A program made the translations under genes and the position numbers. A model generated the notes under the pieces. That model saw only the letters and a program-made list of their open reading frames with translations, was not told the origin of the DNA and searched no databases. 43,617 nucleotides of DNA from positions 1 through 43,617 of the forward strand of contig JBAZUA010000001.1 in NCBI GenBank assembly GCA_041661645.1, read 5' to 3'. The DNA comes from Minisyncoccota bacterium (lineage in GTDB: Bacteria > Patescibacteriota > Minisyncoccia > Phycocordibacterales > UBA6065). Of the stretch, positions 5,816 through 15,143 are shown piece after piece (position 1 is the first letter of the stretch; each line of letters begins with the position of its first letter).

Positions 5816-7723
5816 ATGTCAAAAATCATAGGCATCGACCTCGGTACCACGAACTCAGCTGTGGCCGTCATGGAAGGCGGCGAGGCAAAGATCCTCGAGA
5901 ATGCCGAGGGAATGCGAACGACCCCGTCCATCGTCGCCCAGTCAAAGACCGGCGAGCGATTGGTGGGCGTCGTCGCCAAGCGACAGTCGGTCACCAACCC
6001 AAAGAACACCATCTACCAGATGAAGCGATTCATCGGCCACAACTGGGACGAGTCCCTCGTGCAGAAGGACATCGCCTCGGTTCCGTTCCAGACCCGCAAA
6101 TCAGACAATGGCGGCATCGAGATACAGATGGGCGACAAATGGTATAGGCCAGAGGAGCTCTCGGCCATGGTCCTCTCCAAGATAAAGGCCGACGCAGAGG
6201 CGCGCCTGGGCGAGCCTGTAACCGAGGCCGTCATCACCGTCCCGGCATACTTCAACGACTCGCAGCGACAGGCAACCAAGGATGCCGGAAAGATCGCGGG
6301 ACTCGACGTGAAGCGAATCATAAACGAGCCTACGGCCGCGGCCCTCGCCTACGGATTCAACAAGAAGAAGGACGAGAAGATCGTCGTCTTCGACTTCGGA
6401 GGCGGAACCTTCGACATCTCGGTTCTCGAGGTGGGCGATGACGTCATCGAGGTCAAGTCGACCGATGGAGACGCCCATCTCGGTGGAAAGGACATCGATC
6501 AGAAGATCATGGGGTACCTCGCCGACGAGTTCCAGAAGGAGAACGGCATAGACCTCCGCAAGGACGTCCTTGCCCGACAGCGACTCGATGACGGCGCCGA
6601 GAAGGCAAAGATCGAGCTCTCGACCGCGGTAGAGACCGAGGTCAATATCCCATTTGTCTCAGTCGGATCCGACGGCCCTCTTCACCTCGTGAAGAAGATC
6701 ACTCGCGCAAAGCTCGAGGAGCTCACGTCGGAATTCGTCACCCGCGCCATGGAGATCACCCGACGCGCCATGGAGGCGTCGCCGTTCAAGGTTGACCAGA
6801 TAAACGAGGTGGTTCTCGTCGGAGGCCAGACCCGCATGCCCGCCATGCAGAAGGCCGTGGAGGACTACTTCAAGAAGAAGCCGCACATGGGCGTCAATCC
6901 TGACGAGGTGGTCGCCATCGGCGCCGCCATCCAGGGAGGCGTGCTCAAGGGCGACGTCAAGGACATTCTCCTGCTCGACGTCATCCCTCTGTCATTCGGC
7001 ATCGAGACAATGGGAGGAATATCAACCAAGCTCATCGAGAAGAACACCACCATTCCGGCTTCCAAGTCGCAGGTATTTTCGACCGCGGCCGACAATCAGT
7101 CGTCCGTCGAGATCAACGTGGTACAGGGAGACCGAGCCATGGCTCATGACAACAAGTCCCTCGGACGATTCATCCTCGACGGCATTCCGCCGGCACCGCG
7201 AGGCATCCCTCAGGTAGAGGTGACCTTCGACATCGACGCTAACGGAATACTCAACGTCAAGGCCAAGGAGAAGTCGACGGGCAAGGAGCAGTCGATCAAG
7301 ATACAGGGATCTTCGGGACTCTCGAAGGACGAGATAGAGAAGATGAAGCAGGACGCCGAGACCCATGCCGCCGATGACGAGAAGAAGAAGGCTGAGGTCG
7401 AGGTCCGAAACATCGCCGAGCAGACCATTTATGCGGCCGAGAAGGCAGTAAAGGAAAACGGCGACAAGGTGACCCCCGAGATCAAGTCAGACGTCGAGGC
7501 CAAGATCGTCGACCTCAAGAAAGCCAAGGAAGGCACGGACATCGAGGCGGTCAAGAAGGCGACGGACTTCCTCAACGTCTCCATGGGCAAGATAGGCGAG
7601 GCCATGATGAAGGCGCAGCAGGCTGCCGGTGCGAATGCCGGAGCCGGTGGTGCCGCAGAGGGAGCGGCGGGCGCGGAGCCAAAGGATAACGTAAAGGACG
7701 CTGAATTCACCGAGAACAAGTAA
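5816..7723 (+). CDS. dnaK: Chaperone DnaK (Hsp70)
   Basis: [29 protein letters not shown] and [11 protein letters not shown] motifs. Confidence 0.99.
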   Translation: MSKIIGIDLGTTNSAVAVMEGGEAKILENAEGMRTTPSIVAQSKTGERLVGVVAKRQSVTNPKNTIYQMKRFIGHNWDESLVQKDIASVPFQTRKSDNGGIEIQMGDKWYRPEELSAMVLSKIKADAEARLGEPVTEAVITVPAYFNDSQRQATKDAGKIAGLDVKRIINEPTAAALAYGFNKKKDEKIVVFDFGGGTFDISVLEVGDDVIEVKSTDGDAHLGGKDIDQKIMGYLADEFQKENGIDLRKDVLARQRLDDGAEKAKIELSTAVETEVNIPFVSVGSDGPLHLVKKITRAKLEELTSEFVTRAMEITRRAMEASPFKVDQINEVVLVGGQTRMPAMQKAVEDYFKKKPHMGVNPDEVVAIGAAIQGGVLKGDVKDILLLDVIPLSFGIETMGGISTKLIEKNTTIPASKSQVFSTAADNQSSVEINVVQGDRAMAHDNKSLGRFILDGIPPAPRGIPQVEVTFDIDANGILNVKAKEKSTGKEQSIKIQGSSGLSKDEIEKMKQDAETHAADDEKKKAEVEVRNIAEQTIYAAEKAVKENGDKVTPEIKSDVEAKIVDLKKAKEGTDIEAVKKATDFLNVSMGKIGEAMMKAQQAAGANAGAGGAAEGAAGAEPKDNVKDAEFTENK

Positions 7724-8036
7724 CACCGCCACGGCCTCACGGTTGCGCGCACCGGGGCGCGCTGGTTGCGGGAGCTGTATCGGTAGCACGTCGAAACCTG
7801 ACTAAACAAAAAGCAGACACTCATCCCTCATGACCGATGGTCGTGGGGGAGATATAGTGTCTGCTTAAAATAAAAAGGAGGGAATCACGTGGCGTGAGAC
7901 CCTCCGGGAATGCGGGAGTTTAATCCGTCATTCGGGAACTCTGGAGCGTCGGTTAAAGGGCGAGGTTCTTCATAGGCGTGTGTCCGAGTGTCTGCAGTTG
8001 ATGGATCCAAGGTTACTCCAAAAGCATATCATATAC
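7724..8036 (+). other. Unusually long, hairpin-rich dnaK-dnaJ intergenic region
   Basis: Stems 7811-7821/7856-7866 with inner 7824-7835/7839-7850, GGAGGG/CCCTCC (7877-7905), and further stems to ~7950. Confidence 0.6.
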
Positions 8037-9167
8037 ATGAAAAAAGACTATTACGACATACTCGGCATAAAAAAGGACGCGTCGCAGGACGAGATAAAGA
8101 AGGCGTTTCGAAAGGCCGCGCACGCGCATCATCCCGACAAGCAGGGCGGCAACGCCGACAAGTTCAAGGAGGCGAACGAGGCCTATGGAGTGCTTTCCGA
8201 TGACAAGAAACGCCAGCAGTACGACCAGTTCGGCCATGCGGGCGCCAACATGGGTGGTCCGGGCGGACAAGGCGGAGCGGGCTTCAACCCGAACGACTTC
8301 GGATTCGACTTCTCAGGCTTCCAGCAGGGCGGAGGGTTCCAGGGCGGCTTCGGCCAGAACGGCGGTGTTGAGTTCGACCTCGGAGACATATTCGGGGACG
8401 TCTTCGGCGGGGGCAGGCGCTCCCAGCCCAAGCGCGGGCATGACATATCCGTGGACGTCGACCTTTCCTTTGAAGAGGCAGTATTCGGCGTGGAGAAGTC
8501 ATTTCGCATACACAAGACGTCGACCTGCCCCGACTGTTCGGGCAGTGGTGCCAAAGCAGGATCAAAGATGAAGACCTGTGACGTCTGCAAGGGAGCGGGC
8601 AAGGTGAAGGAGATGAAGCGATCGATATTGGGCACCTTTGCCACCACCAAGACCTGTGAGAATTGTCACGGGGCCGGCAAGGTTCCCGAGGAGAAGTGTC
8701 ACACCTGCCACGGCTCGGGCGTGCTCGAGCGCGATCAGGAGATAAAGGTGAAGATCCCGGCAGGACTCGAGAATGGCGAGACCGTGCGATTGGCCGGCGG
8801 CGGCGAGGCTGTTACCCATGGCCAGTCAGGCGATCTCTATATCAAAGTCCATGTCGATGAGCATTCGATATGGCGCAAGGAGGGACATAACCTCGTCACC
8901 GAGCTCGATGTAAAGCTCTCTGACGCGCTCCTTGGCGCGGCGTATCCGCTCAAGACCCTCGACGGCGACATCAGTCTCAAGATCCCCGAGGGCATAGCCT
9001 TCGGCGAGGTCCTGCGCGTGAAGGGCAAGGGCGTTCCGATAAACGGCACAGGCCCGACGGCAAAACACCGCGGAGACATATTGGTAAAGGTGAACATCGT
9101 CATGCCAAGGCGTCTCTCGAAGGATGCGAAGAGGGTGGTGGAGGGGCTCAAAAACGAGGGGGTCTAG
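8037..9167 (+). CDS. dnaJ: Chaperone DnaJ
   Basis: J-domain HPD, G/F-rich linker and four CxxCxGxG repeats. Start taken at MKKDYY. Confidence 0.98.
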   Translation: MKKDYYDILGIKKDASQDEIKKAFRKAAHAHHPDKQGGNADKFKEANEAYGVLSDDKKRQQYDQFGHAGANMGGPGGQGGAGFNPNDFGFDFSGFQQGGGFQGGFGQNGGVEFDLGDIFGDVFGGGRRSQPKRGHDISVDVDLSFEEAVFGVEKSFRIHKTSTCPDCSGSGAKAGSKMKTCDVCKGAGKVKEMKRSILGTFATTKTCENCHGAGKVPEEKCHTCHGSGVLERDQEIKVKIPAGLENGETVRLAGGGEAVTHGQSGDLYIKVHVDEHSIWRKEGHNLVTELDVKLSDALLGAAYPLKTLDGDISLKIPEGIAFGEVLRVKGKGVPINGTGPTAKHRGDILVKVNIVMPRRLSKDAKRVVEGLKNEGV

Positions 9168-9297
9168 GCAGGCTAAGGTGGCCTCATTATATTTGCGTTT
9201 TATGTAAAATGTGCTATAATTATTAGGTAGTACCGCGCCATCATGGTGCGGTTTCGGTCTTTTACAGCAACAAACAACACAACCAAGGAGAAATCAC

Positions 9298-11103
9298 GTG
9301 AACACACGCGAACGTATCGGTCAGCTCCGAAAGGCGTGCGGACCCTTCATCAGGCCATTCGCACAGCTTTCGATTATCGTCATCTGTATCCAGGCTGTGG
9401 CCCTCGCGGTCGCATTCTGGACGGGAAAGTTCGTCGAGGGAGTATCTCGGCACGATCAGCATCAACTGCTGTGGAGTCTCGGGGGCATCGCTTTCGCCCT
9501 CTGCATAGGACAAGTCTTTCAATGGCTTATGGCGAGGTGCCATATCAGGCAGATAGTCTTTGACTTGGAGGCTCACACGTCAGAGCTCACGCTCTCGCGC
9601 ATCTCGAAGTTCTCTATAGGGCAAGTAGTCAATCAGAATTCGGGATTCAAGCAGGATACCCTTAAAAAGGGCGAGGCCGCAATCTCGGAGCTGATACAGA
9701 CTCTGTTCATAGACGGCATTCCCGCCATGGTGAAAATCGTGACCACGGTGGTTGCGCTGTTCTTCATCGGATACCAGATAGGCCTGATCGTAATGATTAG
9801 CATTGCGCTGTTCTTGATGGTCAGTTTCTTGATGAACAAGAGGATGATGCCTCTCATCAGGAGTAATCGCAAGAAAGAGTCCAAGATCGGCACCGCATAC
9901 TGGGAGGTGATAAAACACCTGAGGCTCGTCATATCGAGCGCCCAGGAAAAGAGGGCCGTGAGCGAGTTCGATGAGAGGTTCGGAGAATACAGCGCCGAGG
10001 GCAAGAGCATCTGGACGGCTTATATCAGGAAATCGCTCTGCTTTCGGGAGCCATATTCCGTCATAGGACAGCTTTTGGCCTATGGTGTATCGGCATGGCT
10101 CGTGTGGCAGGGGAAGATCACGCTCGGTGAGCTTGTCATAGTCATCGGATGGTCGTCCATTGCCTTTGCCTCGCTGAATTACATCGGCAACATGCAAAGG
10201 CGACTCACGAGAAACTTCATACTTGTCGGGCGGTATTTCGATCTTTTGGATATACCCCCGGCGATCGTGGAGGTTCCTAATCCTGTTCGCATTGAGTCCT
10301 TCAGGGACAAGATCCAGTTCGTCAACGTTTCCTTCGCGTACCCAGAGTTTCTGGGAGAGGCTGATGGTGAAGAGGATTCGAAACCTCTGACCCAGGACGA
10401 GAAGCCTGTGGCGCTTCAGGGAATAACGCTCACCATCGAGCGCGGTTCCATCGTGGCGCTTGTGGGCCCTTCGGGTTCGGGCAAGTCTACGTTCGTCAAT
10501 CTTCTTCAGCGAGGATACGATCCAGACGGCGGAAGCATATTCGTGGACGGCCATGATTTGCGGCAGCTCAACCTTAGGCGTTGGCGAGAGCTTATGGGAA
10601 TAGTCGATCAGGAGCCGAAACTCTGGGATGGCACCCTTCGTTATAACATCCTCTATGGGCTTAACGGCTCCGGGGACAAGGTAACCGAGGGTGAACTCGA
10701 GGATATTGCCCGCAAGGCGAAAATAGACGAGTTCTACACCCGATTGGGGCCGAAGAGGTTTGATACCCTCATCGGCGAGAACGGCATACAGCTGTCAGGA
10801 GGCCAGCGTCAGAGGGTTGCGATCGCGCGGGCGATCATAAAGAACCCCGATCTGCTGATACTCGACGAGGCGACCAATGCGCTCGACCCCCTCAACGAGA
10901 AGCTCGTTCACGAGGCGATTCGCGAGGCGTTGAAGGGAAGGACGGGCATCATCATCGCCCATCGACTCTCGACCATTCGCAACGCCGACAAGATAGTGGT
11001 ATTCGACAAGGGACGAATCATCGCCGTCGGAAAGCATACTGAGTTGTTGGAAAGCTGTAGTCAGTACAGGGAACTCGTCTCATACGAGACAGCTCTCTGC
11101 TGA
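9298..11103 (+). CDS. ABC transporter, fused TMD-NBD exporter
   Basis: TM helices, Walker A GPSGSGKST, signature LSGGQRQR and Walker B LILDEAT. Confidence 0.95.
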   Translation: MNTRERIGQLRKACGPFIRPFAQLSIIVICIQAVALAVAFWTGKFVEGVSRHDQHQLLWSLGGIAFALCIGQVFQWLMARCHIRQIVFDLEAHTSELTLSRISKFSIGQVVNQNSGFKQDTLKKGEAAISELIQTLFIDGIPAMVKIVTTVVALFFIGYQIGLIVMISIALFLMVSFLMNKRMMPLIRSNRKKESKIGTAYWEVIKHLRLVISSAQEKRAVSEFDERFGEYSAEGKSIWTAYIRKSLCFREPYSVIGQLLAYGVSAWLVWQGKITLGELVIVIGWSSIAFASLNYIGNMQRRLTRNFILVGRYFDLLDIPPAIVEVPNPVRIESFRDKIQFVNVSFAYPEFLGEADGEEDSKPLTQDEKPVALQGITLTIERGSIVALVGPSGSGKSTFVNLLQRGYDPDGGSIFVDGHDLRQLNLRRWRELMGIVDQEPKLWDGTLRYNILYGLNGSGDKVTEGELEDIARKAKIDEFYTRLGPKRFDTLIGENGIQLSGGQRQRVAIARAIIKNPDLLILDEATNALDPLNEKLVHEAIREALKGRTGIIIAHRLSTIRNADKIVVFDKGRIIAVGKHTELLESCSQYRELVSYETALC

Positions 11104-11119
11104 GGTCAATAAACATTCC

Positions 11120-11146
11120 AAGGAGCCCTGACCAGGCTCCTTTTTC
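11120..11146 (+). terminator. Intrinsic terminator
   Basis: AAGGAGCC-N7-GGCTCCTT plus a T-run. Confidence 0.75.
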
Positions 11147-11155
11147 TTTGGTTAT

Positions 11156-12526
11156 TTAGGCCCCAATCGCAATCACCCTATTCGCCCTCAGACGCTCGAG
11201 GAAGTATCGGTCATGAGAAACCACGATGGTGGTACCTTCGAAGCTCTGGATGGCCTTTTCGAGGGCCTCAAGGGCCTCGGTATCGAGGTGATTCGATGGC
11301 TCGTCGAGGATGATGCAGTTGGGTTGGGTGACGACGAGCAGGGCGAGTATCAGGCGTGAGCGTTCGCCCGGCGACAAGAGTCGTATCTGCTTGTTCACAC
11401 TGGTGTCCGTAAAGCCAAAGCGAGCCAACATGTGTCTCGATTTGGTGATTTCCTCGCGGGTCGACGAGGGCATTGATTCGAGAGGGGTCTTCTCGTCAAC
11501 CAAGGGCTTCTGCCTCAGGTATCCGATGGAGAGATTCGCCGTCCTCGATATGGATCCGCCGTCGGACGGCATGCCGCCCGCGAGCATCTCGAGGAAGGTC
11601 GTCTTGCCCGAGCCGTTTGGTCCCGTGATGGCGACGCGGTCGCCCCATTCGATGTGGGCGCTCACCGGACCTATGGTTTTCGTTGAGAATTTCTTTATCA
11701 CGTCCGTCGCCTCGAACACCACCGTACCTGACCTCTCGGCAGGCAGAAACTCGAAGTCGAGGGTCTGTTCGGTTCGGCGCTTCAGCGGTGCCTCATCCCT
11801 CTCTTTCTCGAGCTGCTTCTCAAGCTTTTTCGCTGTCCTGAATATGCGAGTGGAACGGTCAACCATGACACCTCGCAGAAACTTGTCGTTGTCGGTTGTG
11901 TTCGGGTTCTTGAGGCCCGTCATGACCCAGCCCTTCTTCTCCTTTATGGAATCGGTCAGCCCCGCGACCCTCTCCTCGTGATCCTTGCGCGTCCCGCGCT
12001 CGCGGTCGAGGGCCTTTTCCTTCTCCTCGCGGAAATACGAGTAGTTGCCACCGTATACGACCAGACTCTGGGTGAAAGGGTCTATCTCGACTATCTTGGT
12101 CACGGTATTGTCGAGGAACTTTCGGTCATGCGAGACGATGAGGAAGGCAGCAGGGGAGTCAGAGATCTTTTTCTCGAGCCAGGCCAGGGCCTCGAGGTCG
12201 AGGTTATTGGTCGGCTCGTCGAGCAGATACACGTCGGCCTTCTCGGAAAACACGTTATCGAGGGCCAGACGGCTTTTCTCGCCGCCCGACAGATGCGAGG
12301 AAACGTCGTCGACGGGCTCCTGTGCCAGGTATGACACCGTGCCCGGACGTTCGATGGTGCCTGACTCTGGCTCGAGCAGGCCTGCTAGGGCCTTGAGGAG
12401 CGTCGACTTGCCCGAGCCATTCTCGCCGACGAGTCCGATGCGCTCGCCTGGGGCGATCTTGAGCGAGGCCTCTTTCAGAAGCTCCTGATTATGGAAGGCG
12501 AGGGAGATGTTGTTGAGGCTGAGCAT
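11156..12526 (-). CDS. ABC-F family ATPase (ribosome-associated)
   Basis: Two NBDs (GENGSGKST/LSGGE/LLDEPTNNLD and GPNGSGKT/LSPGE/ILDEPSNHLD) and no TM domain. Confidence 0.93.
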   Translation of the reverse strand: MLSLNNISLAFHNQELLKEASLKIAPGERIGLVGENGSGKSTLLKALAGLLEPESGTIERPGTVSYLAQEPVDDVSSHLSGGEKSRLALDNVFSEKADVYLLDEPTNNLDLEALAWLEKKISDSPAAFLIVSHDRKFLDNTVTKIVEIDPFTQSLVVYGGNYSYFREEKEKALDRERGTRKDHEERVAGLTDSIKEKKGWVMTGLKNPNTTDNDKFLRGVMVDRSTRIFRTAKKLEKQLEKERDEAPLKRRTEQTLDFEFLPAERSGTVVFEATDVIKKFSTKTIGPVSAHIEWGDRVAITGPNGSGKTTFLEMLAGGMPSDGGSISRTANLSIGYLRQKPLVDEKTPLESMPSSTREEITKSRHMLARFGFTDTSVNKQIRLLSPGERSRLILALLVVTQPNCIILDEPSNHLDTEALEALEKAIQSFEGTTIVVSHDRYFLERLRANRVIAIGA

Positions 12527-12628
12527 GGGGATATTATACATCCTTATCATTAAGGCGAGTTTTTATAATTATTTTATCTTCGTCTGGTCTGGCTCGCTAT
12601 ATAATTCACCGTAAGAACATTAGCCACG

Positions 12629-13156
12629 ATGCCTCAAAAAAATAAAAACATCGCCTTTGTGGACGGGCAAAACCTCTACATGGGCACGGCTAAAAGAGAG
12701 GTGGATCCCTGGAAGATCGATCTTGCCCGTTTTCGCGTGTATCTCGAAGAGAAATATCACGTGACCGAAGCATATTATTTCCTAGGTTTCGTCCAGAACG
12801 AGCATGATGATCTGTATGACGAGATACAGCATGCCGGCTTCATCCTGAAATTCAGAGAACACAATCCGGCAATGCTGGGAAAGAAAAAGGGCAATGTCGA
12901 TTCAGACATCATCTTTTACATTATGAAAAAGATGTATAAAAGGGAGGATTTTGAAAGGGTTGTCATGGTGTCTGGCGACGGTGACTACAAGCTGGTCGTG
13001 GATTTTCTGATAGAGGAAGGGAGGTTTGAGAAGATTCTGTTTCCCGATAGACGCAGGGCTTCCTCTTTGTATAAAAAAATAGGCGCCTGTTATTTTGACG
13101 CCTTGGATTCGCCTGGCATACGAAACAAAATTGAGCAAAAGAAAAAGGTTCCTTAG
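12629..13156 (+). CDS. NYN domain (LabA/DUF88, PIN-like) protein
   Basis: FVDGQNL, KGNVDSDI and VSGDGDY motifs. Confidence 0.92.
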   Translation: MPQKNKNIAFVDGQNLYMGTAKREVDPWKIDLARFRVYLEEKYHVTEAYYFLGFVQNEHDDLYDEIQHAGFILKFREHNPAMLGKKKGNVDSDIIFYIMKKMYKREDFERVVMVSGDGDYKLVVDFLIEEGRFEKILFPDRRRASSLYKKIGACYFDALDSPGIRNKIEQKKKVP

Positions 13157-13239
13157 GCACTGAGCCGTTTGGAACCTTTTCCGTCGTAATGGGTATATGT
13201 TATCAAACCAATCGAGGATGTCAAATTCATGACGTGTCT

Positions 13240-13268
13240 TTGACAACGATTGATTAATCATGTATAAA
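13240..13268 (+). promoter_or_regulatory. Sigma70 promoter of the MFS leader
   Basis: TTGACA-N17-TATAAA. Confidence 0.8.
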
Positions 13269-13274
13269 TGACTC

Positions 13275-13427
13275 ATGTCCACAAGGCATTCACAGCTTAA
13301 TAAGTTCGTATGGGCGATCTCACATCGCCCTCTTTGCGTTGCGCGCACCATCGGAGTCATGTTCGATCACGCCCACGCCACAACAACTTTTTTCAGCCGA
13401 GATGCTTTTACTCTTCGCACCAGTTAA
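13275..13427 (+). CDS. Leaderless leader peptide L1 (50 aa; contains PLCVA)
   Basis: MSTRHSQLNKFVWAISHRPLCVARTIGVMFDHAHATTTFFSRDAFTLRTS. The ATG is 6 nt after the -10 and a terminator follows. Confidence 0.65.
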   Translation: MSTRHSQLNKFVWAISHRPLCVARTIGVMFDHAHATTTFFSRDAFTLRTS

Positions 13428-13456
13428 AATCCCACTCTCAATTTCATTGTAGAAAT

Positions 13457-13488
13457 ATCCCGGCTGAATGAAGTCGGGATTTTCTTTT
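13457..13488 (+). terminator. Attenuator terminator upstream of the MFS gene
   Basis: ATCCCGGCT-GAATGA-AGTCGGGAT-TTTCTTTT. Confidence 0.8.
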
Positions 13489-13554
13489 GGATCTCTCGCC
13501 CTCATTCGGCACCGGAACAGTTCTTTACAACATCAAACACAACAAGGATTAGCA

Positions 13555-14742
13555 ATGATCAACAAAATCATCCGTCAGTATCTCGTTCTCACGGGCATGT
13601 TCAACCTGGCCGTATCCCTCAGTCTTGGCACCTATGTCAGCTTCCTTATCAGCAGGGGACTTAACCTGTTCGAGGTGAATCTCGTGAATGTCGCGTATTT
13701 CGTGGCGATGTTCTTCTTCGAGATTCCCACGGGGGCATTCGCGGACACGTTCGGGAGGAAGAATTCGTATGTCATATCATGCGTGCTTTTCTCCCTCGGC
13801 ATGATCGTCTATTCGCAGTCTTACACCATGGCGGGCTTCATCGGTGCCGAGATTCTTGCCGGCATCGGCAGGACCTTCGGCAACGGCGCCTATCACGCCT
13901 GGTTCGTGGACATGCTCAAGCACCATGGGTACAAGGGGACCACCGCCCCGGTCTTTCGGAAGGAACAGATGGTCAGGCAGTTCGTCAGTATCCCTGGCGC
14001 CATAGCCGGCGGATACATCGGATCGCTCGACCTCTCGTACCCTTGGCTTGTCGGCGGGTGCATGGGCATTGTCGTGGCGCTGCTCGCATGGTTCATCATG
14101 AAGGAGGACTATTTCGTCAGGCCTCCCCGGATGAGTCTGTCTGCATCGGTACGCGAGATGTTCAGGATGGCGGGTCAGGGCATGCGATTCGCCCGAAAGA
14201 GCAAGGTCGTGCGCCTCGTCGTCGTGATGAACGCCCTCCTTGCCTTCGCCGTCCAGTCCCCAAACATGCAATGGCAGCCCTTCTTCAGGTCGGCCGTTGG
14301 GAACGTGGCCTGGTTCGGATATATATGGGCTGGGATAGCCACCTGCATCTTCATCGGCATTCATGCGTCAGCGTGGGTGAGGACAAGGATCAGGGACGAG
14401 CCTCTTGCCATGGCCGTATCCATGGTCGCGGCAGGAATCATGCTCGTCTGCGCCGTGTTGAGCAGGGAATATGTGATCATGGCGATCGCCCTATTCCTGG
14501 CACATGAGATACCGAGAGGTGCGTATGCGCCCATAAAGGACGCATATCTGAACGATCACACCGATCAGAGGGAGCGCGCCACGGTGATATCCTGCCAGTC
14601 CGTGTTTGGTCATTTGGCCTGCCTGTCAGGGCTCCTGCTTGGCGGACTGGCTGCCGAGATGGTATCGATATCTGCCGCATGGCTCATATCGGGGGCGATT
14701 CTCGTGGCGGCACCCTTCATTATCATCAGGGTGATGAGGTGA
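13555..14742 (+). CDS. MFS transporter
   Basis: About 12 hydrophobic helices and FEIPTGAFADTFGRK (motif A). Start taken at MINKII. Confidence 0.93.
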   Translation: MINKIIRQYLVLTGMFNLAVSLSLGTYVSFLISRGLNLFEVNLVNVAYFVAMFFFEIPTGAFADTFGRKNSYVISCVLFSLGMIVYSQSYTMAGFIGAEILAGIGRTFGNGAYHAWFVDMLKHHGYKGTTAPVFRKEQMVRQFVSIPGAIAGGYIGSLDLSYPWLVGGCMGIVVALLAWFIMKEDYFVRPPRMSLSASVREMFRMAGQGMRFARKSKVVRLVVVMNALLAFAVQSPNMQWQPFFRSAVGNVAWFGYIWAGIATCIFIGIHASAWVRTRIRDEPLAMAVSMVAAGIMLVCAVLSREYVIMAIALFLAHEIPRGAYAPIKDAYLNDHTDQRERATVISCQSVFGHLACLSGLLLGGLAAEMVSISAAWLISGAILVAAPFIIIRVMR

Positions 14743-14751
14743 GGTTTATTC

Positions 14752-14787
14752 AAGGCGCTTTCTGATCGTATCCGGAGGCGCCTTTTT
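14752..14787 (+). terminator. Intrinsic terminator
   Basis: AAGGCGC...GCGCCTT plus a T-run. Confidence 0.65.
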
Positions 14788-14894
14788 GTTTGGCTGAATA
14801 TGATATCCTTTAAAGCAGAGCAGAACCTTGAGCGCAACACGTGAGCCCTCATTGATCCGTCTGTTCGTAAACCCAATGAAAGGAGGTGGTTGAG

Positions 14895-15071
14895 ATGGGT
14901 AAGAAGCATGTCAATGCGGGCAAGGGCGCCAGCTTCCAGAGCTCTCAGGGCCGAAGGAATTCCGGCTCACCGAGCTCGAATGGCGGCGGACGCGAGCGCA
15001 ACGTCGGACACACAAAATCCTCCGAACACTCACGCGTCGCCAAGGGCCTCAGAAGCTTCTTCAAGCGATAA
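14895..15071 (+). CDS. Small basic, Gly/Ser-rich protein (58 aa)
   Basis: Strong SD GAAAGGAGGTG upstream of the ATG; K/R-rich. Confidence 0.7.
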   Translation: MGKKHVNAGKGASFQSSQGRRNSGSPSSNGGGRERNVGHTKSSEHSRVAKGLRSFFKR

Positions 15072-15143
15072 CGCTTACCGCGATGGCCTCGTCTCATAAG
15101 GACTTGGCCATTTTTATATTAAAAATGTTGTAGACTTATAGAT

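Noticed and set aside
5020-12488. Many long antisense or alternate-frame ORFs in the track (e.g. 5020-5670, 9580-10554, 11310-11981)
   Set aside because: They are shadows of GC-rich coding genes with no recognisable motifs or start signals.
439-13330. Identical GGGCGAT/ATCGCCC hairpin arms at 439-468 and 13312-13330
   Set aside because: The arms are only 7 bp, with different loops and contexts. Compatible with chance.
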